DNA of 53,298 nt. Source: Myxococcota bacterium (GTDB taxonomy: Bacteria; Myxococcota; XYA12-FULL-58-9). This document shows, piece after piece, positions 19,325-28,465 of this stretch. The notes beneath the pieces are model-generated. The model was not told the DNA's origin, did not search any database, and saw only the letters and a program-made list of their open reading frames with translations. The DNA lies in contig JAKLEG010000001.1 of NCBI GenBank assembly GCA_022703175.1, forward strand, positions 1 to 53,298, given 5' to 3'. Each line of letters starts with the position of its first letter. Within the stretch, counting starts at the first letter, position 1. A program made the position numbers and the translations under genes.

Positions 19325-19903
19325 ATGATGGCGGTCGCAACGATAGCGGTGGCACTGGTGGCGGTCCCCAACGAAGCGCTGTTGCGCGATGTCATCGTGC
19401 GCACGGCCCTCGCCCAAGCCCTCACCCCCGACCCCCATTGGGACCTAGCGCAGCGCGACTGCGCTGGCTTGATCCGTTTCAGCTATCGCGAGGCCTTTCG
19501 CACCCTGGCCCCAAAACAGCTGGACCTAGGCCTGTGGCACGACCGCACCGGCAAGCCGACGGCCTTTGCCGATGCTGAGACGCTGTTGGCCTACAACTTT
19601 ACATCCCTAGGTCGCGACGACGTCGCCCTCATGCACGTTCAAGGGGGCGATTTGCTCGCCTTCCGCCAAGTCGCAGGTCCCGACGAGCTTCCGGTTTATC
19701 ACCTGCTGCTGGCCGTGCGCAGCCGCGACAAAGCCAGCCACGAGTTGCAAGTTGTCTACCACCCCGGCCGTGCCGATGCCGTGGTTACCGTTGGCGCTCT
19801 CTCCGACCTCATCACTGAAGCCCCGCTTGAGTGGCATCCTGTTCCAGAAAACCCGGCCTTTCTAGGCTATTTCCGCCTTAACGAATGGATGAACCATGAC
19901 TGA
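19325..19903 (+). CDS. DUF1175/YfaT-like protein with NlpC/P60-type Cys motif (A2M-operon accessory)
   Basis: RDCAGLIRFSYREAF (Cys codon 19460-19462) followed by GDLLAF...VYHLLLAV...VVYHPG resembles the papain-like NlpC/P60 Cys...His...His layout. Size is about 190 aa. The stop overlaps the next start. Confidence 0.6.
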   Translation: MMAVATIAVALVAVPNEALLRDVIVRTALAQALTPDPHWDLAQRDCAGLIRFSYREAFRTLAPKQLDLGLWHDRTGKPTAFADAETLLAYNFTSLGRDDVALMHVQGGDLLAFRQVAGPDELPVYHLLLAVRSRDKASHELQVVYHPGRADAVVTVGALSDLITEAPLEWHPVPENPAFLGYFRLNEWMNHD

Positions 19904-21467
19904 ACCCAGCACTCCCAAACGCCCGACGTGGCTGTACATCATCATTGGGTTTTTGACCTTCGTGGTGGTGGCACTCGCCGTGGCCGCGCTGTTTGTGCAT
20001 TTGCGTCAGGGCGGATCTGGAAATGCTACCACCCCTGGCGACAGTGGCAGCACCACAACGTTGACCTCCGGTAGCGGCACCGCGGTTGAAGGTGTTCCTG
20101 AACCCACGGGCCCGGTGGCCATGGAAGTGCCCGACCTGCCACCGCGCGCCGCGGTAAGCGTGGACATCTACGATGCCGCGGGTTTAAAGGCGCTGTTTTC
20201 ACAAAACGTCTGGATGAAGGAGGTTCTCACCAAGCCGTTGGGCCAAGGCTTTGTCGGCTCGTGGGCCGGCTTCTTGGGCACGAAGGGCGAGGACTTGCGG
20301 GCAAGCTTTACTGGCACCGTCATCGATTTGTTGCTCGACCGCGTGCTCACGCAACCGTTCAGCGTGGTGTGGTTTAATGCGGCACATTCATCAGGCGTCC
20401 CGGCCGTGATCTTAGACGACCCCAACGGCGCCGCCAAAACGGCCTTCGAAGCTCTCGACACGGTGGCCGGCCGCGGCACCTTCACGGTAGAGCGTTGCCT
20501 CGCCGACAAGCCCGAAAATGTCGACGCCCAAAAACAAGTACGTGACCTAAAGGAACTTACGATCAAGCGCTGGTTGCTGGCCGACCACGCCCTCTACGCG
20601 GGCCTCGCGGGCGATCGCCTGGTCCTGGCCCGCAAAGCCTCCACGGTCCAAAATGGTCTGTGCGCGCAACGACCCAAGCTGCAACCTGCGCCAGGCGTGG
20701 CCATCACCGCGCGCCTTGAGCCCTCGGCCTTCAGCCGCGACGCCCAAGTCTTTGCCAGCGCCCTTGGCCTAAACCAGGGGCCCAACTTTGCCTTCGGCAT
20801 CGAAAACAACACATTGGTGCCGCGCGGCATCAGTGGCGACCTCGCCAACGCCGAGCGCTTGGTGAGCGGCAAGCTCTCCGGCGAAAACCTCAAAGCCATT
20901 CCAGAAGATGCACCGGTGGTGCTGGCGCTACAGCTGGCATTGCCCAAACAACTCGACCAAGACAACCTGGGCAGGTACTTCAAAGGCGAGAAATCAACGC
21001 TCACTCCGCGCCAAGTGGTGTTCGTCTGGTATCCCCACGGCGCCGTGCAAACCCCCGACCTGGCCATCTTGTGGTCGGAGAAAGCCGATAAAGCCGCGCT
21101 GGAAAGCCTGTTTGCGAGCAACCTCACCGTCGAAAACAGCCCCATCTGCGGCCAATTAGCGCTCACCTCCAACCCCACAATGACGAGCCGCATGCAAAAG
21201 AGCTGCAGCGGCAAAAGCCCCGCCATCACGCACCTCGCCGGCCCCGTGGTGAGTGGCCTGCAAGAGAACGCCTCGGTGCTATTGGGGGTCAACGTGGGCG
21301 CCCTGCTGACCCGCCTCACGACTGAATCGTTTGCCAGCGAAAATCCCAAGGCCACCTTGCCGCCCGAAATGCTCGAAGCCGAAAAACAACTCAAGGCGTT
21401 GCCGTTTATTGGGCTACGCGGCCTGATCCAAGGCCAAGCGCTGGTGCAAGGAGGGTTCCGCTCATGA
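19896..21467 (+). CDS. DUF2138/YfaA-like single-pass membrane-anchored protein (A2M-operon accessory)
   Basis: One N-terminal TM segment (WLYIIIGFLTFVVVALAVAALFV) and then about 480 aa predicted periplasmic. Assignment rests on size, topology and position immediately upstream of A2M with an ATGA overlap at 21464. No motif was verified. Confidence 0.4.
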   Translation: MTEPSTPKRPTWLYIIIGFLTFVVVALAVAALFVHLRQGGSGNATTPGDSGSTTTLTSGSGTAVEGVPEPTGPVAMEVPDLPPRAAVSVDIYDAAGLKALFSQNVWMKEVLTKPLGQGFVGSWAGFLGTKGEDLRASFTGTVIDLLLDRVLTQPFSVVWFNAAHSSGVPAVILDDPNGAAKTAFEALDTVAGRGTFTVERCLADKPENVDAQKQVRDLKELTIKRWLLADHALYAGLAGDRLVLARKASTVQNGLCAQRPKLQPAPGVAITARLEPSAFSRDAQVFASALGLNQGPNFAFGIENNTLVPRGISGDLANAERLVSGKLSGENLKAIPEDAPVVLALQLALPKQLDQDNLGRYFKGEKSTLTPRQVVFVWYPHGAVQTPDLAILWSEKADKAALESLFASNLTVENSPICGQLALTSNPTMTSRMQKSCSGKSPAITHLAGPVVSGLQENASVLLGVNVGALLTRLTTESFASENPKATLPPEMLEAEKQLKALPFIGLRGLIQGQALVQGGFRS

Positions 21468-24400
21468 TGCATCCAGAGAATCGCGGGTCGCTGCGGCAGA
21501 GCCGATACCCAGTGTTCGCCTTTGCCTTCGCCTCACTGACTCTGCTCACAAGCACCGCGTTCGCCAAACCAATCTACATCACGGTGCCCCGCTCCTATGG
21601 GACCCAAGAGCCCGTGGCCGTAGACGTGGCCTTCGCCGGCAACGAAGCGGTGGAGCTGCGGGTGCTCAAACCCAACAACCTCGACACCTACGTGCGCGAG
21701 CAGGCCAACCTGCGCCGCGCCTACGTTGCGCCCACCACCATCGTGAACCCCGGGCGACACTTGGCCCGCGGCCTGAATGCCGTGTCACATCCCGGTGAGT
21801 TCCTGCTGCGCGCGCTCGACCCGAGCTTCCGCAAAAATCTCTCGGGCACCATGCCGGCCATGCCCAGCCTGTCGGGGCGCGCACTCTCCGACTTGGATGA
21901 AGGCCAAGAGAAGCTCGTCAATATCCCTGTGGGGCTTGTGCTTGTGCGCTCCGAGTGGCTCAACCTGGATTTGGGTGGCACCGATCGCGGCTTTGACGTG
22001 CCCGGCTTTGACATGTGGAGCTCCTCCCGTTCTGGCTTCCAAGAGCGGCGTGTCACGCTCAAGCCGCTGCCCGCAGGCGTCTACGTGCTGCAACTCGTGC
22101 AAGGTCGGGTGGAAGGCCAAGTCACGCTGGTGGTGAGTGACCTTAGCGTGCAGCTCAAACAAACCGATGGCGAGATCTTGGTGCGCACCGCCGGACGTGA
22201 CCAAAAGCCTAGAAAAAACGCTGCCGTTCAAGTGTATCTCGGCGCCCAAGCCGGCCCCGGTGGCAAAACTGACGGCAACGGCGAGCTGCGCTTAAAGGTG
22301 AATGAGCCACGCTTGCTCGCGACCATCACCGACCAAGGGGACACCGCGGTCGTGGACACCGACTTCTACTCGACCTTGGCGGTGCAACCCGACGTGTTCA
22401 TCTACAGCGACCGGCCCATTTACAAGCCCGGAGATGAAATTCGCTTCCGCGGCTTGCTGCGCAAACCGGCGTCGTTCTTGGCGCAGCTATTTGCCCCCAA
22501 GGACCGCGACATGGTGGTGCGGCTTCTCACGAGCACCGGCCGCGAGATCAACACGCGCGCCAAGGTTGACGAGTTCGGTAGCTTTTACGGCAAGCTCGAT
22601 ATCCCCGACGATATCGAAACCGGCGTCGTGCGCCTGGCCGCCGAAATCGATGAGCACGACTACCAAAGCGAAGCGCGCGTGCAGGCATACGTCAAACCCA
22701 CCTTCTTTGTAGAAATGAGCACCGACCAAGATTCCATAAGCCCAGGCGACACCGTCACCGCCACGCTCAAAGCCCGCCGCTATGCGGGCGGTGTGCCGAA
22801 GGGGGCCAAGTACGAGGTGTTCTTGTATCGCACGCTGCTCACCACGCCCACCTGGGTGGACGACGCCGGTATGGGTGGGCAAGGGAGTGCGGTGACCTAC
22901 GGCACCGTGTCTACCAGCGAAGGCAAGTTGTCGGTGCCGCTCAAGCTGTATTCGAGCGTCGAGGCACGCGCAGGGACCAACAGCGAATTCAGCCACTATG
23001 ACCCTTGGGCCACCGCGGCGCTGTTCGATGACAAAGGTGAGGCCCAAATCAGCGTCGTGGTGCCGCCCTTGTCAGACGACGACAAAAAGGCGCGCCTGCC
23101 ATTCAAGTACACCCTCACGGTAAACGCCCAAGATCCCGAAGGCGCCAGCGCTGCCGTCAGCCGACCGTTCTACTACGGCGAATGCGACGTGCGTGCGCAA
23201 CTGGCCACCTCGCAAAGCTTCGTGATGCAAGACACCGAGGCCACGTTGTCCGTGCGCGCCATGACCCTTGCAGGACGCGGCTTCGGCGTGGCCCAAGGCG
23301 AAGTGCGTTACGTGCACCTAGATGCCGACGGCAAGTCGCACGAGCTGGGTAAGAAACCGTTTGCTACCGATGCCGATGGCATCTTCCGCGACCGCATCCC
23401 CACGAACAAGGTGGGCACGGTGCTTATGCAAGTGACGTTGCGCGACAAGAAAAACCGCGACACCGGCGACGAAACACGCCTGTTGGTGCTGGGCAAGGCG
23501 GGCGAAACAGTGGCCAAGGTGCCCGTGCTCACCGTGATGGCGCTGCCAAAACCAGTGGCACCCGGCGCCAAAGCTCAGCTGATTGCGTTGTTCCCAGATG
23601 GCTGGGGGCCCGCTGGCCAAAACCGCGGCTCGGTGTGGGTGACCACGAGTGGCAACGGCATCTACGACACTGAGCTTATGGAGGTCCAAGGCCAAAGCTT
23701 GGTGTACGAGTTTGAGGCCGAGCGCCGCTTTGGCAGCTCCGTGTACGCGGCCATTGCCTATCCCACCGCTAGCGGCCGTTGGGACGAACGCACGTTGGCG
23801 TTCCGTATCTTGGCCGAAGAACGCACCTTGCGCGTGCGCATCGAGCCGCAAAAGCCCGAACTGCCCCCCAACGCCGAGCAAACGCTGCAAATCAGCGTGG
23901 TAAATCACCAGGGCCAAGGTGTTACGGCACAGCTTTCAGTAGGCGTGGTGGACAAGGCGATCTACGCGCTACAGACCGAATTCCGCCCCAAAATCCTCGA
24001 TTTCTTCTACCCGCTCGTGCGCAACAACGTCATGAGCTTCTACTCTGCAGAGTTTCAAGGCTACGGCTACGGCGAAATGCTGGCGCGGCTGCGGGCCCGT
24101 ACCAAAGGGGCCGAGTTCGCCGCGGTAAAGCCGCCCAAGGTAAAACAAAAGGATGAGGACACCGCTTTCTGGCGTCCCAACGTGGTCACCGATGGCTCCG
24201 GCAACGCCCGCGTGACGTTCAAGCTACCCGGCAACAGCACCTTGTGGGTGGTCACGGCCGTGGCCGCCGACGCCGCAGGGCGCTTTGGCGAAGGCACCGC
24301 GGAGTTCCAAAGTCGCGCCGGACTTACGATGGTCGCAAGCATGCCGCAATTCTTGCGCGTGGGAGATACCGCGCAAGGCAGCGTGCGCTTAGCCACCGGC

Positions 24401-26215
24401 CCCAAAGAGAAAATCCGTAGCGTTGCCGTCGAGGTTGGTACCAGCGATGGGCTCAAAGCCGACACGGTTCATCAAAAGGTCGAGCTCAAAGCCAAAGACG
24501 AAGAGCTGGTGAGCTTCGCGCTCACTGCCAGTGCGGTTGGGCCCGGCAACATCGGCATGCGCCTGACCAGCGATGACGACACGCGCGTGGACAAGCGCAG
24601 CTTGCGCGTGCTGCCCGCAGCAGTGCCGGAGCGCGTCATGGTAAGCGCGTTGAATGGTGGCGAGCTGAAGCTACAACTCCCCAAGGGCGCCGAGGTCCAA
24701 GCGGTGGAGTTGACGCTCTTGCCCACCGCCATCGCCGCGGCCGTGGCGAGTGTACGCGATATGCTTACTTACCCTTACGGCTGCTTAGAACAATTGGTCG
24801 CCACCACGGTACCTAACATCGCGGTGGTGCGTACCCTGAAAACCGTGGGGGCCTTTGGCAAGCTCGACCCCGAATCGCAGGCGTTGCTCGAAGAGGCCAA
24901 CTCCAGAGCCGTGCAAGGGGTGCAGCGCATCCTCGCATTGGCCACGAAAGGCGGCGGTTTTACTTGGTTTTCTGGTTACGACGAAGCGAGCCTGCCGCTC
25001 ACGTTGATTGCCGTGGATGGCCTGACTTACGCGACCGAAGCGGGGCTTCTCGATCGCAACGATGCGCGGCTCACCGCTGGCGCTGCGTACCTCGCCAAAG
25101 CTGAAGACTTGCCGTTTGCGCTCGACGCCACGCGCACCTACGTCCTCGCACGTTTGAATGGCAAAGAGGAAGCGGCGCGGGTGCGGGCTCTCCTGGAGAA
25201 TGCGCCTGCGGATGATATCTACAGCACCGCGTTGGCCATTTTGGCCGCCGAGGCTGCCGATGCCCTGGCCGAAAACAGTCTCAAGGCACGGGTGACCACG
25301 CTTCTTCACCAAAACCAACAAAACCTGGCGCGGGTGGCCGACTACCGCTTGGACGATGCCTTTTGGCGCTACCCGATGTCGCGCGTAGGTTTGGGCGCAA
25401 TCGTCGCACATGCAGCCTCTCTGGGCAGCCGCGACCTCCCCACAGCGCGCACCCGTTTCATCAACGCACTGGGCGACTTGGGCAATGTCTCCACGTTCGA
25501 CCAAAGCACGTTGTTGCTGCACAACTTGTGGCTGCTCACCGAAGAAGCCAAAGCACTGGGTGCGCTCACGCCACCTGCGGTGGAAACCAGCCAGGGCAAG
25601 GTGACCCTCAAACCCCGTGGCACCGGCCTATACGCCACGCTCGACAAAGCCGCCCAGAGCGCCAAGGTGGCTAGCTTCGACGGCGTTGCCATGCTCACGG
25701 CTGACGTGCTGTTGCCGCTAAGTGAGGTAGTACCGAAAGCCCAGGGCATGAGCCTCAAGCGTAGCTATTGGCTCGTGCGCCCCGACGGCCGCGAGCCGCT
25801 CAAGGATGGGGATACAGTGACGCAGGGTCAAATGGTCTTCGTAGAATTGGAGCTCGACGCCGACAGCGACGATTGGCGCAGCTCCCGCCGCTCGGCCTAC
25901 TACGTGCTCGAAGACGCGCTCCCGGCCGGCTTTGAGCCGATGATTGAAGACAAAAAGTGGCGCGCCAAACCCTACGATTTGCCGCTCACGCATGAAGCAC
26001 TCAAGCAACGCGCGCTGTCCCCCGACAAGGCGCGTTTCTTTTTTGAGGAGCCCGCAATCTGGAGCCGCTCGCCGCGCAGCATCGGCTACCTGATGCGCGC
26101 GCAGTTCCCAGGCACCTACGCCATCCCGCCGGCCCGCGTGACTGACATGTATGCCCCCAAAATCACAGCACAAACCGGTGCTGCAACCCTGTCTATCCGG
26201 GCATCCAAGAAGTAG
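21464..26215 (+). CDS. bacterial alpha-2-macroglobulin family protein (1583 aa) with CLEQ thioester motif
   Basis: MG-domain signature DRPIYKPGDEIRFRGLLR. Thioester block LTYPYGCLEQLVATT (C-L-E-Q = 24782..24793). C-terminal receptor-domain-like YYVLEDALPAGFEP. The signal peptide ends TSTAFA-KP with no lipobox Cys. Confidence 0.9.
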   Translation: MMHPENRGSLRQSRYPVFAFAFASLTLLTSTAFAKPIYITVPRSYGTQEPVAVDVAFAGNEAVELRVLKPNNLDTYVREQANLRRAYVAPTTIVNPGRHLARGLNAVSHPGEFLLRALDPSFRKNLSGTMPAMPSLSGRALSDLDEGQEKLVNIPVGLVLVRSEWLNLDLGGTDRGFDVPGFDMWSSSRSGFQERRVTLKPLPAGVYVLQLVQGRVEGQVTLVVSDLSVQLKQTDGEILVRTAGRDQKPRKNAAVQVYLGAQAGPGGKTDGNGELRLKVNEPRLLATITDQGDTAVVDTDFYSTLAVQPDVFIYSDRPIYKPGDEIRFRGLLRKPASFLAQLFAPKDRDMVVRLLTSTGREINTRAKVDEFGSFYGKLDIPDDIETGVVRLAAEIDEHDYQSEARVQAYVKPTFFVEMSTDQDSISPGDTVTATLKARRYAGGVPKGAKYEVFLYRTLLTTPTWVDDAGMGGQGSAVTYGTVSTSEGKLSVPLKLYSSVEARAGTNSEFSHYDPWATAALFDDKGEAQISVVVPPLSDDDKKARLPFKYTLTVNAQDPEGASAAVSRPFYYGECDVRAQLATSQSFVMQDTEATLSVRAMTLAGRGFGVAQGEVRYVHLDADGKSHELGKKPFATDADGIFRDRIPTNKVGTVLMQVTLRDKKNRDTGDETRLLVLGKAGETVAKVPVLTVMALPKPVAPGAKAQLIALFPDGWGPAGQNRGSVWVTTSGNGIYDTELMEVQGQSLVYEFEAERRFGSSVYAAIAYPTASGRWDERTLAFRILAEERTLRVRIEPQKPELPPNAEQTLQISVVNHQGQGVTAQLSVGVVDKAIYALQTEFRPKILDFFYPLVRNNVMSFYSAEFQGYGYGEMLARLRARTKGAEFAAVKPPKVKQKDEDTAFWRPNVVTDGSGNARVTFKLPGNSTLWVVTAVAADAAGRFGEGTAEFQSRAGLTMVASMPQFLRVGDTAQGSVRLATGPKEKIRSVAVEVGTSDGLKADTVHQKVELKAKDEELVSFALTASAVGPGNIGMRLTSDDDTRVDKRSLRVLPAAVPERVMVSALNGGELKLQLPKGAEVQAVELTLLPTAIAAAVASVRDMLTYPYGCLEQLVATTVPNIAVVRTLKTVGAFGKLDPESQALLEEANSRAVQGVQRILALATKGGGFTWFSGYDEASLPLTLIAVDGLTYATEAGLLDRNDARLTAGAAYLAKAEDLPFALDATRTYVLARLNGKEEAARVRALLENAPADDIYSTALAILAAEAADALAENSLKARVTTLLHQNQQNLARVADYRLDDAFWRYPMSRVGLGAIVAHAASLGSRDLPTARTRFINALGDLGNVSTFDQSTLLLHNLWLLTEEAKALGALTPPAVETSQGKVTLKPRGTGLYATLDKAAQSAKVASFDGVAMLTADVLLPLSEVVPKAQGMSLKRSYWLVRPDGREPLKDGDTVTQGQMVFVELELDADSDDWRSSRRSAYYVLEDALPAGFEPMIEDKKWRAKPYDLPLTHEALKQRALSPDKARFFFEEPAIWSRSPRSIGYLMRAQFPGTYAIPPARVTDMYAPKITAQTGAATLSIRASKK

Positions 26216-26257
26216 GCGGCCCCCGATCAAACAGTCGCCGCCGGGGTTGTACCTATT

Positions 26258-28465
26258 GTGACTTGGCTTACGCTTTGGCTGCTCCTTAGCGCACCTCCTG
26301 AGTTCATCGCGGGGGAAGGCGTCGCTGTAGAGCCGGAGTTGTTGACCCTGGCCCACGACAGTTGGGCGGAGCTTGCGCGCCTGTTTGTCCAAGCCACTGG
26401 CAGCGATGCGCAGTCGCCTACCCTCGTTCGTTTGGAGACGCTGCCGCCTGGGGCTCGTTTGGGCGGCGCTTCGGAGCTGGGCCGCATCAGGTTGCACCCA
26501 GCCTTGTTGACGCGGCGCGACCCTAACCTCGGGCTGGTGTTAAAACATGAGCTGGCGCACCAACTGTTGTTGGTGAGCTGCCCCGCGGCGACTGATGATC
26601 GCTTATTTCATGAGGCGTTTGCTGTAGCCGCAAGCGGCGAGCTTGGCGCCTGGGTCGATGGACCCTATCTGTCGACCCCGCAGGCGGCACGTTTGTTGAG
26701 CCAAAGCCAGGAGCTCGACACTCCCGATCGCCGCCGGGCATTGAGTCGCCTGTTGAGCGAGAGTGAACCCGATGTGGGTGGCCTGCCCAAGGTGCTGCGT
26801 CGCCGATTGAACGCCTGCGCGAGCCACGCACGCTGGCAACAACCGCTCACCGTGGCGGAGCTAACCGCCGGAAACGCAACAGAGACTGCCGATGCCTGGC
26901 TGGTATTAAATCGCCACTCGGGCGAAGTGTTGGAGAGCCGCGGCGCGGCCAACTTGCCGATGCCGTTTGGTTCAATCCTCAAACCGTTCGTCGCCGCCGC
27001 GGGCGTCGCTGCGCCTAGCCTAGCCACTGAGCCGAGCCGCGACGTTTGGGCCTGCGGCGACGCGCTACCCAAAACCATGGGGCTGAAAGAAGCGCTGAGC
27101 CGCTCCTGCAATGGCTATTTCCTCGACTGGAACGATCCGGTGGCGCGCACGTTTGGCAGCTTTGGCCCGTTATTTCTGGCGTTGGGGCTGAGCCGCTTGC
27201 CACACGAAATGGCCGAAGCCATTGGCGCCAAACCGACGCTCACGTTATCGCCGTGGGCCGTGGCGCAGGCGTACCGCACGTTGGCGCTTTCGCGTCCAGA
27301 TGTCATGACATGGCTGCAGCGCACCGCCCAGGTAGGCACACTCAAAGGGCTGCCCAGCTCAGCTGCACTTATGCGCTTCAGCGTCAAAACAGGTACGGTG
27401 CGCGACGCTAGCTCCAAACCACGCGTCGGTTGGCTCGTGGCGGTGACTCCTGACCTGGTGGCGGTGATGACCCAACACGAACGCGTGCCCCGCGAGTTTG
27501 CCGACGAATTTCTGGTCGCCTTGCAAGGCTTTGTCGAGCGCCGATCAGAACTCGCCGTCACCACTCAGGTTTTTGGACTTGTGCCGAGTGCCCAGGTGCA
27601 AGCTGAGTGCCGCGGGATTGGCGTGGTGGCCACTGCAACGTTGCAGCTGCTTGAAGCACAATCGCAGTCGCTTGTAAGCGCCGTGGAGCGTGGGCCCTTG
27701 TTATGCCTGGGGGCACCCTGGCTGATTCAGTTCCCCAAAAGCATCGCGCTCGCCAGGCAATATGCCGGCAGCTTTTCACTTTTGCCCTTGCCCCCGCCCA
27801 CGGTACAGGCGCCGGGCACGGCCAAACAACAACGGGCTCGGCGGGGCTCGGAGCTGGCCTTCACCACATCGCTTGCGCGTTATGCCGTAGGTGTCGTGAG
27901 GTCCGAGGATGCCTCGGCCAAGGGCGAGGCGCGCACCGCGCTGTTGCAGGTGGCGGCTCACAACGTTTTTCACAGTCGCCACCCCGAGCGCCCCGTGTGT
28001 GACACGACCCATTGTCAGGTGTTTCTGGGCACAGTCGCCCCAGAGCCGCGCGACACCGAAAGCCTCGCCAAGGACTGGCTCGTCGAGTTGGGTTGGCTGC
28101 TGTTCTCGCAAGGGGGCGAGGAAGCATGGCATGCGTCACGGTCACTGGGGAGTGTGACGGCGCTCTTGGGTGAAAACCCTTCGAACCTGCATTTCGATGG
28201 TGAGCGGGTCTATTACCAACGCACCGTAAAACATGGCGACAGCCTGGTGGATGAGGCGGCAAGCCTGTCGTGCGAGTTGCTGCGCAGCCCGTTGCGCTTA
28301 CCTAGCTGCCCAACGCAGGCCACGTTCACACCTGAGCAGGTGGAATTTTCGGGTCGCGGCAAGGGGCACGGCCAAGGGTTGGACGTAGAGTGGGCCAAGC
28401 GAAGCGGGTTGGATGCGAAGGCAATTCTGCACACCGCGTATGGGGCGCTTGCGAAAGAGGACTAA
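26258..28465 (+). CDS. A2M-operon terminal gene (YfaQ/DUF2300 position): HExxH motif + penicillin-binding (SxxK/SxN/KTG) transpeptidase-like domain + SpoIID-like domain
   Basis: GTG start at 26258. KHELAH at 26546-26560. PFGSILKPF (SILK 26972-26983). ALSRSCNGYF (SCN 27104-27112). SVKTGTV (KTG 27386-27394). CDTTHCQVF (27998-28018). GRGKGHGQG...ILHTAYG near the C-terminus (His 28367). Confidence 0.6.
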   Translation: MTWLTLWLLLSAPPEFIAGEGVAVEPELLTLAHDSWAELARLFVQATGSDAQSPTLVRLETLPPGARLGGASELGRIRLHPALLTRRDPNLGLVLKHELAHQLLLVSCPAATDDRLFHEAFAVAASGELGAWVDGPYLSTPQAARLLSQSQELDTPDRRRALSRLLSESEPDVGGLPKVLRRRLNACASHARWQQPLTVAELTAGNATETADAWLVLNRHSGEVLESRGAANLPMPFGSILKPFVAAAGVAAPSLATEPSRDVWACGDALPKTMGLKEALSRSCNGYFLDWNDPVARTFGSFGPLFLALGLSRLPHEMAEAIGAKPTLTLSPWAVAQAYRTLALSRPDVMTWLQRTAQVGTLKGLPSSAALMRFSVKTGTVRDASSKPRVGWLVAVTPDLVAVMTQHERVPREFADEFLVALQGFVERRSELAVTTQVFGLVPSAQVQAECRGIGVVATATLQLLEAQSQSLVSAVERGPLLCLGAPWLIQFPKSIALARQYAGSFSLLPLPPPTVQAPGTAKQQRARRGSELAFTTSLARYAVGVVRSEDASAKGEARTALLQVAAHNVFHSRHPERPVCDTTHCQVFLGTVAPEPRDTESLAKDWLVELGWLLFSQGGEEAWHASRSLGSVTALLGENPSNLHFDGERVYYQRTVKHGDSLVDEAASLSCELLRSPLRLPSCPTQATFTPEQVEFSGRGKGHGQGLDVEWAKRSGLDAKAILHTAYGALAKED

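Noticed and set aside
20594-21472. 292-aa minus-strand ORF opposite the DUF2138-like gene
   Set aside because: The plus-strand gene is translationally coupled to its neighbours on both sides. The minus-strand product is Ser/Arg/Pro/Ala-rich without structure-like periodicity.
24785-26497. Minus-strand ORFs of 245 aa (24785..25522) and 259 aa (25718..26497) inside and after the A2M gene
   Set aside because: They overlap the strongly supported A2M and terminal-gene coding frames. They have low-complexity Arg/Gly/Ala-rich translations.
28462-28465. Convergent genes sharing overlapping stop codons (CTAA)
   Set aside because: This is real but only reflects tight packing. It leaves no room for a terminator and has no further implication I can support.
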